DNA of 64,000 bases from Mizuhopecten yessoensis (Eukaryota). The DNA is taken from contig NW_018403842.1 in assembly GCF_002113885.1 (NCBI RefSeq), positions 74,291 to 138,290 of the forward strand. Reading direction: 5' to 3'. The notes below the pieces were generated by a model, which was given only the letters and a program-made list of their open reading frames with translations, searched no databases and was not told where the DNA came from. Position numbers and translations under genes: made by a program. Below are positions 14,433 to 25,264 of the stretch, in pieces (the stretch's first letter is position 1; each line of letters begins with the position of its first letter).

Positions 14433-14612
14433 GAAGCTAAGCATAGATGTTAATAACCAACCATTTAGTCTAAACAGTTTGTGGTGTTTTGTTCCTCTGT
14501 AAAGCAATGGATGTGTTGTCAAAGTCAAATACACATTAAAAACACTTCATATGCTTAAATTATAACTAAATAAATCAGTATATGTTATTGTATCTTTCTA
14601 TTTATATTTTAG

Positions 14613-14832
14613 GAGAACAAGACAGAGACCTATACAATTTGTAGGCAGGACCATTAAACATGAGTGGGTTATTGATGAAACTTCACAACTGAAAGAGTGG
14701 TATAGGGGGAATGTATTATCTGTATTGTCTGGAAATGATGGTGCTGTGAATTCAGTATATGAAGTGCTGTATGAAGGCGAAGCCGAACCGTATGAAGTAG
14801 ATCATCAGTGCAGTTCTGTGACCTATAGTTAA
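14613..14832 (+). pseudogene. Terminal exon of the transposon gene: Tudor/Spindlin-like domain
   Basis: Acceptor TATATTTTAG, phase 2; reads RTRQRPIQFVGRTIKHEWVIDETSQLKEWYRGNVLSVLSGNDGAVNSVYEVLYEGEAEPYEVDHQCSSVTYS*. The VGxxIxHxW...WYxGxV...YxVxY pattern is that of Spin/Ssty Tudor-like repeats. Confidence 0.68.
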
Positions 14833-15548
14833 TCATTTGTTTGGATAATAGTAAAGGTATTTAAGATTATCTTTTTGCATTATTAGCTCATATAGTTGTA
14901 TCTGATGAGATCTGATAAAAAAAAAAAGTTTTTTTTTTTTTTTTAAAGTAACATAATTTATTTATTAATGAAGACAATTCATATTCAATACATTGGTCAA
15001 GGCTGCGTTAAAACAAAGGGATACGTAATATAAACGTAAATGTATGTTTTGGTTATTATATTTATGTCAAATGCCATGGTGAAGTTTTGTGTGTTAAGTT
15101 TAATTTGGAGCAGTCTGATATAATATCCACATTTTTAAACAACACTATTTTTGAAACAAATTATATTTTGTACAATTACAGTATTTGGAATCCAAATACA
15201 TCACGCAACAGAAATAGAAACACACGAGGAAATCAACAGCATTAATTTGAAACCAAGTCGGACAAGAAAGGACCCAAGATGAACAGACTCTTATATAGAA
15301 ACAATTGCCTCCATGGCCAAATAGAAAATTAGCTATCTCCCTAGACAAGGATTGCGGATTTGAGTGCGCCGGAGGTTGTGTCGGCTGATCTTATTTGCTT
15401 TACTTTATGGAATTCCTATACCACTGGCAAAAACTGTAAAATGGAATTGCATATTTTTTTCCGGTATCATTACGCTTTGATAAATCAGTTATTAAAAAAA
15501 ACAACATAACTTACGCTGTAAATGTATGGAATACATCAAGTGTTCTGA

Positions 15549-15636
15549 TAGTCTCAGACGTTCAACCAAACTCTTGTGGTCTGGTTGACGCTAAACTGTG
15601 AACTACAAGTGTCAAGTGTCTGGTTGAACGAGACTA
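15549..15636. mobile_element. 88-bp Academ-type non-autonomous MITE nested in the transposon
   Basis: Ends TAGTCTC(AGAC)GTTCAACCA ... TCTGGTTGAACGAGACTA; 9-bp flanks GTGTTCTGA / GTTTTCTGA (8/9 match, consistent with a TSD). Confidence 0.75.
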
Positions 15637-18600
15637 GTTTTCTGAGTGTAAAATTGCAACCGGTCACTGACCAGGTTTCGGACGTTGCTTGGCTGTCTGA
15701 GTGGTTTTACGTCCGCTTTTTCACTTCCAAGTATTTCAAATATGTACTCCAATCATTACACGATTGCTTAAGCCTACTGAGACAGCTGACTAAGGGTCGC
15801 GATACAAATATGCCCAGAATAAATTCATGAGAGATACCTGTATGAACGCAAAATTAGTGGAATTCTCTAATGGTTTTTTTCTGGAACGCCTGTATAAAAA
15901 CAAAATGTCTTGTGATACATAAGATCCATAACATCTTCTTTTTCCTCTCATGCCGTTCATATTGGTTTTCTCCTATTCCTACTCAATATAATAAAATCAT
16001 TAAAATTGTGTTGCTGTCATTTGAATCTGTTTTGTAGACTCGGACAATTGTGCTGTCCGTGTAATTTCTATGAAGGAAACAGTTATATAAATGTCATGAC
16101 TTGTTTCTGGATGCCTTTCTTTTGTTACATTCAGCAGAGACATGTTTATTTGTTACAAAACGAAGTAAGTGTAACAGAAAATATAAACTCACCCTTTAAG
16201 GGATTACTTGGTGTGAAGCAGGGAGCTGTACTTTAGTCCTTGTGATCTATAATTCTTATATTTTCTTCATATATTATATTTAAAAATGAAGAATCCAACG
16301 GCATTCTGAGATGAACATGAAGCTTGCATAGAATACATATCAAAAAAGTTATTTGTCAAGTTTCGTGTATATATCCCAGAGGAATTCCTTTGATGTTGCA
16401 ACAATCACCGATGAATGATAAAACAAAAACACAAAAAGATGATGAAATCAATGAAACGGCTCTAATTTTCTAGAGGTTGGCAGATGTATAATCATCAGAT
16501 AATCAAACTTCATATATTCAAAGATTAATTTCACTGTAGTAGAGTTCCAACAATAGGGTCCCGTGACCGTTTTTCCCGGACCAAGGTTTGAAAGTTGATT
16601 TTAGTCAATTTGAGGGTGCTGATTTAAATGAGCTGACCTCATGTATCTCGGTCAGAAGGGAAAATTCAAGATGGCCACCAACCGGAGTCTGGTATATCAA
16701 AACAATATCATTGTTTTTATATGTCCGTTTTATATGATTCTAGAGTATTTGATGTTTGTAGGGTGAAGTTTTCATTTATCAGCGTAATAACTTGTTAAGT
16801 GTATGCGTTAGAACGAAAGTTTTTTTGTTATTTTTGAAGCCAAAAACCAAGATAACCGTTTCGTGTTTCTAATTTGTTATCACGTGATTTACACGAGACA
16901 ACGACGTTTGATATAAACAAACAAACAAACAAACAAACAGACAGCAAACAGATAAACAAACGCCTGTAAGGCTCAAGTGCTTGTTGTTGTGAAATGTATA
17001 CTGTTCGTAACACCCACGACAAGTACTGACATGTTATACACGTGGGGTCCTCGTACCGAGTAGGTACGTTTACATAAAGGCTTAACTAGGTACATATGTA
17101 CGAAACACACTAATCATTCCCAATTTCACTCAATTTTGACAGAAAATTCCGTTTTATTGAGTCTTTAATATTATGCTACTTTTTAATCTGTCGATTTTTC
17201 AAGATATTAAAATACAATGATAGCGATTACCTGTGAATGTATGGGTGTGAGAATGTGTCTTTACGAGAATAAAGAATCAGGATTTCCGGTTTTAAGGATC
17301 TCTGTTCCATTGCAGACAAACACTTAATAGAGTAATCTCCCAATGAATATATTGTATATGTAACTGTAGCGCAAATGGGCCAGGCTACTTCTCTTGAACA
17401 GACAACTCAGTAGGTTGGAGCGACAGTATACATGTTACAATTTGGGGCCTAGTGTGAACCCCTATCTAGCCCCGCTATATTGTTTATATCAGGGGACGTT
17501 CCTTCAATGACCAGTAAACATTTCAGTAGTTATTATATATGTGCCCAAATACTAGATACGGAATATCGAGCGGGCTAGGTATCTCTCCTGAGCCTAATAT
17601 CTAGCGGAATACGTTATGTTCCTGAGCCTAATATCTATGAATTTCTAAATGATTTGGGAAATGTAGTATATTAAACTTTCCCGTAAGTTTGTCGTTAAAC
17701 TAATACTTTTTAATGACGCTTACACAGCTCTGTTGCTTCGTTAATTTGACGTTATTTTGACGTTAAAGCTTGACGCTGCACGTTGTTCGATTTTAATTTT
17801 TTCATCTTCTTATCGCTGATATTGTCATAACTATTAAAATTGAACATTATTGATACATGTTCTAGGATGAAATGATAGTTTTAAGATCACATACACTCAA
17901 ATAATTAGTTCTGCAGAAAATATTGATGACTGTTTTCATTCACACAGGACGTCTGATAAAATAGAAGCTTTGATTCTAACTGGGTTCAAATTACCGTCAA
18001 AACAACCGGAATGCATTCACATTTTACGGACAATACATGGACCAATAATCAAGCCTTTATGTAATTCAATTTAACGTTAACAGTGAGTAACTGAAAAAAA
18101 ACCGGACTACATACATAACCGTCCTCAATGGCGATAGATAAGCTTGTGTGTACGCGGAGTCTCTAAGGTTCATGAAAAATAATCACATTCGAGCCGCTTA
18201 TGCTCCGGAGAAATAGATATTGTATTGTTGATACGGTGATGTATTTGGGGGAATGTTTGGACGCGGCTTCTATAATCAGGTTATTCCATCAGACAGTCGC
18301 TATAAACATGGAACAACTAGACACTTGTAGACAATTCCCATCAAGGGGTTTGTGAGTTTGTATCTCGTACCCAAGCATTCTATTAAGTGCAAAACATCTA
18401 TGGTCGCATTCATGTGGGTTTAAGAATATCCCGGTTTTTATAGCTGTATAGTTTATCCAATAGGTTAATCATATTTCTGTACTTTACATTAAACGCCGAA
18501 ATAAGATAAAGATATTTTAGTTCAAATGTGACGTAAATATATACCGTCATTCATAAACTAAGTCATTCCGGATTTAAATTTTAAGCATCTTGTTTGCTTC

Positions 18601-19064
18601 CTATTTATTTTAGTGACTTCCTGTAGTATGAGTAAATTATCGTGTGGATTCAGCTCGCGATGAGGAGGGGTTCAAGTTTAAAATGTCAGAATTTAGGTCT
18701 CAAATTTCAAAGGTTAAAATATAGAAGACCGTCTTGAAAACGAAATGTCCTTATCCCATCCCATCTCACCAAACACACTTAACGTGCTTCTTTTTTTTAC
18801 CAGATCTGGTTTGCGTTTTTCATAATTCAAGTACCAATGCACCGGAAACCAAGCTTCGACCATAAAACCTGATACAGGATGCGCGTTCATCCACGTTTTC
18901 GCAAATCAAAAATAATAAAGAAGAAAAATCCGTAAATATGATAATACTTATGGCATTTGACTTAAATCATAACGTAAAACGACACAAACCTTAATCGAAA
19001 AGGGCAAACTGTACTTTTTAAACTAGTACGCAATGCAACAGAACATTATTTCACAGGTTTATTA

Positions 19065-19505
19065 AGAAGCTGGATTGTAACGATAAATCAAGAAGCAGTA
19101 CACGATTGTAACGATAAACCAAGAAGCATCCGATCAATACAGGATCTTAACAATGAACAAGAAACATACGAACAGGCCATTTTGGTAGAGATACGCCGAG
19201 ACGATCCGAACAGTGAAGGATTGTAACGACAAATCCAGACGATCCGAATAGTACAGGATTATATCGATAAACCAAGAAACACCCGACCAGTTTTGTGTAC
19301 ATGATTGTAACAATAAACCGGTCGATAAACGAAAACAATCCAAACAGAACATCCGATAAGTGCATATGACTGCAACAAAATTATTAATGTATTATATATA
19401 CCGAAATCAATCCAAACAATATACGGTTGTACAATGTAAGGATAAATCGAGAAACATCCGAACAGTGATTGATAGTATAAAATGCATACCGAGACAATCC
19501 GAACT
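19065..19505. repeat. Degenerate tandem repeat (GATTGTAACGATAAA(T/C)CAAGAAGCATCCGA-like, ~30-40 bp)
   Basis: GATTGTAACGA and ATCCGAACA motifs recur through the interval. Confidence 0.55.
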
Positions 19506-21029
19506 GAATATCTCCCGGTTAAACAAGTATAGATGATCGCAAGATACAGCTTAATGTCAATAAAAAATAGATTGTCATTGACCGTTATCCATTGTTCTGA
19601 TCTAAGTTCATCCTAGCGGATATTTGCAAGATTAAAAATCAATATTAATCAAATTTGAACTTAAAGGATTCGGTATTAGTGTTTACAAGACTGGGAGAAG
19701 CCATAAACAAATGCATTGTGGAATTATATAACGATTGATTTTTAAAAGATTTTATTCAAAGACGCAATTCTCTTCTTCCTCACAGCTAAATGTCCGCGAA
19801 ACATATTTTTTTTACGATATAATAAACATAACTTAAGCTTCACTGCTGTGTTAAATTAATACACAAACGAATATCAAAGAGGTATGCTTACTTAGCTTAC
19901 CACGGGCCTGGTACCATACTTGCAGTAGTGCATAAGTGCGGAAATGCATATTTTTTTTTATCTAGGGGAATAACTCGTGGCTTGTTCAAATATCTGCCCG
20001 GTCCAATACATTTTACGACGGAGATGCACTTTTAAATGTGAAACATTGATTGCACGGGTTCAAATTGCAAAACTATTTTTTTTTATTGACGATAAATGTT
20101 CTTCCTATACATATGGGACTATATTGTTTTGAGTATAGGGGCTCAACACATGTGTGACAAATCCATGAATATTATATTGGATAAAATGACTATAATAAAA
20201 CAGCTGATTTTAATGGTTCATTTAAATAGTATACAAGAAACAGAACCAATCCTTGATATAAGGTACGGATTACGTCATTCAAACCCTCGGGATGAGATAT
20301 CAGCCAATTAAAGACCATCGGCGACCTTCGGGTCTTTTCTCAATATTAACTGTATTGCGAGAGTGCAAATACACTTCTTCATTTACCGACATTGCTGCCG
20401 GTGTATTGCATACGGAAAGCCCATGCCACACAAGGTGAGGTAAGTACAAGTACAAACACAAGTTGCAGACACGTCCTTGGCCGGTATATACTCTAAAATG
20501 TATAACAACTGGGTTTAATGTAAGATATAACCATCAAACCCCCCCTGTAATGGTATCGACGTGTGTTTGTAAGCAGTTATCTCTTGGGGTTGTTCTGACA
20601 ACAGATGGTTCGTGCTGGGTGTAATCAGGGGAGGTAATACGGTCATTTGATTATGAGGTCAAGTGGTGCGTACGTACCACTAAGAGTGTCAGTCTGTTCA
20701 CATCGGTGCATGTGTAAACATGTTATGACGTAACACTCATCCTTTTGCTGGTTATGCGGTTAGTATACATGTACGATGTAGATGGTGGCTTATCGCTCTC
20801 AAACATTCACGAAGGCACGCGTTCTACACGTGTACTACCTACCGAGCATGGGTTTTTCCGAACGACTACTTGAAAAAACGTTGTCGGCCACATGACAAAA
20901 TTTGCTGTATACGGTCACGTGACTTAACAAAATCTGCTGTGTACGGATACGTGACTTTACAACATTTGTTTGCTGCTCCGTACTGTCACGTGAATTAATA
21001 AACATTGGTACCGTTTCGCACTACAACGT

Positions 21030-21150
21030 GATCGGGTGGCCCAGTGGATAGACCGACAAAGTAAGGGTGTCACCTGTCCGACTTCCTGTGGTTTCTCCGG
21101 GTAGTCCAGTTCTTCAATTAAACAAGTTGATATAAATTGTTTCATAATTG
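21030..21150 (+). mobile_element. Internally deleted V-domain-type SINE
   Basis: A-box-like GGTGGCCCAGTGGATAG followed by GGGTGTCACCTGTCCGAC...GTGGTTTCTCCGGGTAGTCCAG; homologous to the 53005 copy. Confidence 0.55.
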
Positions 21151-21404
21151 TTGTAAAACGAATACAAAAGTCTATAGTTTGTAGAATAGCACCATCATGT
21201 GACTTTACAACAGTGGGATCGGGAAACGAATACACCTGTTGTTATCCACTGCATGTATCGTTCAAGGAGACTAATGCGAGAACCCCCTGCAGAATTGGAG
21301 ATTTGCTTTGGTGTCCTCTATTTGGGGACACAAAAATGACCAAAATAAATCTGCTGCACCCATTGCAATATTTGGGATCTTTATATTTCTTTCTACTTCT
21401 AACT

Positions 21405-21797
21405 ACCTTTTGGCCATAATGTTGAGCGTTCGCCCAGGTGAGGAAGGCAATGAACTCTGTCTCCAGGCTGGGACATACCAAAGTCCTTAAAAATGATAGT
21501 TGTTATTCCCTGCTTAACGTTCAGCATTTAGGGGAATGGCAGCAACGGGTGTCAGTATAATGTGACCGGGCGGAATGCTGTGCTGGGTGTCTTCGGTACG
21601 GTATTTCAGTGAGATCGCACTATAAAGTCGGCATTAGATCCGAGTTATTACAAGGAGGCAAGCACACCAATATACCCTGTTTCCTGCATACACACACGCA
21701 AGCACGCATACACTAAAACACATGGAGACACGTCCTTTAATGACCTTAGATGTTAATAGGACAATAAACAAAATTAAACCAAACCAAACCAAACCAA
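21405..21797 (+). mobile_element. tRNA-derived Meta-domain-type SINE with (AAACC)n tail
   Basis: AAAAATGATAGTTGTTATTCCCTGCTTAACGTTCAGCATTTAGGGG resembles the Meta central domain; 3' end GACCTTAGATGTTAATAGGAC...AAACCAAACCAAACC. Confidence 0.6.
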
Positions 21798-22599
21798 GGC
21801 TGTCAAACATTATATTTCACCCTGAAGAAGAATTTGAATTTGAGAATACAGGTTCTGCACTGAACTGGTCAGTATTTTATTACAAATATGAATTGAAACA
21901 GCGACACGATTCGACACTTGCCCTTTGGGAATATTTCACTTCTTAAAGACTCAGTGTATGACAACTTCAGTGCTTCAATACATGCAGTGTCTCTATCCGG
22001 CATGTTCCATCCATACGAGAAAATTCAATGCGCCCTACCACTATATTGAAATTATGCACTAATGATATAAAAAAGTGTAAAATCCTATTTAGGTGATCAA
22101 GTGTGTATACCTTCTCTGCACTAATGTTACACTTTCAAAGAAAAAAAACAAAAAAAAACAAAAAACAAAAAATCAAATACATGTATGCTTATAATTATAT
22201 TTCAGATAAGAAATACTTTAAACGAACCCCCACGAGGATGCTCCGACGCAATGAAGTATGAAGTCTGTTCTTAGTAAATAAAAGCAACAAGGAAGATATC
22301 TATGACGTCATGATATGATTCAGGTTTAATACTTTTTGCAAAATTAGATATAGTTGCAGAATGTTCAATTATTTGATATATCTATTAAAAATGTATTACC
22401 GCAATGCTATCTCTTCTCCCGTTTAAAATAAATCCCATTTTGATTATCAAGCATTTATGTAACGTTCATTTACCCGAGGTGTGAATAACAGGGATACAAA
22501 TAATATACATGAAAACAAATCATGGCGATTCGATCGTAATTATTCAAACTATACATGTAAGAAAAGTATATACAATTACATAAATTTACAATTCAGCCA

Positions 22600-23165
22600 C
22601 AGTAACATATTGATCGGAAAGAAACTTGCATAAACCGTTAGGTTGGTTAACACTGCAGATATTTACTGATCCTATATTTGTTTGTGCTCGGATAAACAGT
22701 TTAATGGCCAGATGAAAACTTGTTTCTATACTGCTTCATCTCTGGACAAACATCTGCGTCAAGAAGGGGACATAACTTGTCTTCTCTTTACCATCTGTCA
22801 GTTTCCACCGCAAAAGACATCGTAGAGGACTTCCATTTCAGATTATGCGGAAATTAGATGGGATTAACAGTATTCTTTATATGTTGCTTTCAAAAATATG
22901 AGCCAAAAACTATTCTCTCACAAACATAATCAAACGCTTTTTAAAAATCGATAAAGAGAAAGCTTTTCTACATGTATATATGTACAGCTTATACCGAGTT
23001 GTCGTAATGTTGTGCTCAACTGAAAGTTTGTTTATGAAACACCCCGTACACCTGATATTGGAGGGGTTGCTCCATAGTTCAAGGTTTTTAGGATCAGTTT
23101 TCATATTCACACATAGCTTGTATAACCCCATTTATCCAAGAATACGAGAGAGTGTTAATGCATAA
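22600..23165 (-). mobile_element. Highly degenerate 3' fragment of a LINE ORF2 (CR1/L2-like C-terminus)
   Basis: Minus-strand pieces RILG*MGLYKL, SIFKKRLIMF and FAVETDRW*REDKLCPLL..VCPEMKQYRNKF...YPSTNKY resemble the ETGRW/LCPLC/CP pattern of LINE ORF2 C-termini. Confidence 0.5.
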
Positions 23166-23192
23166 TATGATAACCGAAAGCTTTACGTAAAA

Positions 23193-23860
23193 CTTTTTTT
23201 TTTTTTTTATTCATTTTCATTTTTTTTTTACATGACATGATACAACGCATATGGTACAAGATTGTTGGTTGAGCTTTTAAAGCTTAAGAGTTGTTGCTAA
23301 TTAATTCACTATGAATAAATATTTATCAAGCATGTACCTATATACGGAGACAAAAAAAAATTCACAAACGGACACACCTACAAATTAATTTATAAATAAA
23401 TTATTAATAAATAAATGGTATTCGTGACATTAGGTATACAGACAAAATTCAAATGCACACAAAAGACAAAGGACAAGTCATGTGGAACAAAGCTAGGTCA
23501 GAAAGATGTGAAATTTAATTTATTTTGATTTTTAAATTTGCAACCGGTGATGTATTTTTAATGTTACTTTTAGATATTAGAATTTTGTCAGCTTTTAATT
23601 CGAATTTGATGTGATTTTTTAGACCATTCAGATTGAGTTCTATTTCAAGGCATTTCGAATTATATATGTATTGTTTTACCGTGAGTAATATCAAGTTATC
23701 CAAGTTGAACTTTGTATATTTATTTATTTGTTTGCCAAAGATAAATTATTTTATACTAAATCGAAGATTTTTTGCAATAGTCACTTACACGCGACGCGTT
23801 ATTCGGAAGTTTAGAGATTTTTTTAGAATATTTACCTCGGACTGCGTCCTCGGTTAATAT
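23193..23860 (-). mobile_element. 3' fragment of an L1/Tx1-clade LINE with poly(A) tail
   Basis: FIFG...DNLILLTVKQYIYNSKCLEIELNLNGLKNHIK (ORF 23515-23703) fits the Tx1-type ORF2 C-terminus; T-run at 23193-23208 is the poly(A) tail. Confidence 0.65.
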
Positions 23861-25264
23861 ATCTTTTCTAGGGTTGGTAAATCCAGGTATCTACCTCAGT
23901 CAAAGGCTATAATTGAATAATATGAAAAAGAACTGAAACCACATGATATATTGTTGATTCCAATTGCAAATTGCAAAACTTTCCACAAATGAAATTTATT
24001 ACATTTAATCAAAAAGAAACAAGAGAATACCAGAGTGTTAACAAAAACGCAAATTAAACTCAAAATGGATGAAACTTATTCTACAACGAAATAAAAATCC
24101 GCACAGAGACACGTAATAGCGTAAGGAGAACAACGAGAGAAATCGTGATCAATGGGAGGTAACTCATTTTTGTTACTAAAACTGCGCTCGTGTGTAATAA
24201 TGGGAGGTCACTCCTGCTGTTTTACTACCTTTTTGCTGCGATATTAGTATACAAGTTAGCAATTAATATATATATATATTCATTTAAACAATGCTATATA
24301 TATTCTTATATCAACCAGAGGGGCGTGCATTGATTTATTTATGTGAAAAATGGTTGTGGGTATCTCATATAATGATTTTTTTACCAATAAGTAAAGCGAT
24401 CCACGCCCCTTTTGATAGTTTTGTTTAATTGATAAACGGAAATATTACACCCTTTTAAATCTTAAGAGTTTTGATACAACTCAGCTTTGTAATTATTGCA
24501 GAATAGCATCAGAGGTATTATCATTGTCAAAGGCGAAACACTTTGAAAACATTAATTAATATCATACTGCAAAAGACATTTTACTGACAGATCACTCAGG
24601 TATGGTTTTCTAAATTACAACGCAAGGCAGTAGATATAAACAATTGAACCGTAAATAAAATACAATGTAACAAATGCGTCTAGGGCGGTATCGCCAACTC
24701 ACTATGGGTGCAATTGTTAACAATCGACATAGCAATTTTCATCATTTTCCTCTCCCATTATTTAAGACACTGTTGGGTTGTCTATGAATGTTGCTATTGA
24801 TGCCAGTAATGTTATGTATCATAGTCCTCGAAATTCTAACAGTTACACTTATACTCAAGTACTCAAGATCTCTGCAACCCTGGAATATGCTATGCCAAAA
24901 TCAAAGGCACATAATTGATCGTTTAACTGTTTTCAGATACTGAGCGAGCGCTAGTCTGATACCTTTCCTTTGAAGAGTACAGAGGAGAGACACCAAACTT
25001 CGTTGCTGGGAAATTTTACCGTTACGGTGCCACGCGATTTTTTTTGTTGTTCATCAAAGCGTCAAACTGGTCTGCTTACACACGACCGGATTTTTAAAAT
25101 CATCTAGAATTTCTGGCTATCCTACAGTTTTCCGTAGAATTGCACTATATTTTTGCTGGTGTTGGTAATTAATCCTTATTAATATTAAAAGTTACACGAC
25201 GGGCACACGTATAGTCTGTAAATGTATACGTACATGTCAGACAGGAGTTCACAGAGTACACATT

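Larger units (their letters stand above)
10546..15892 (+). mobile_element. Decayed DNA transposon encoding a Mutator-like DDE transposase + YqaJ exonuclease + Tudor-like domain (possibly a Kolobok-related lineage)
   Basis: Candidate short TIRs CAAGGCGTTCC (10546-10556) and GGAACGCCTG (15883-15892), each flanked by TA, enclose the transposase pseudogene. The ends are less certain than the coding content. Confidence 0.65.
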
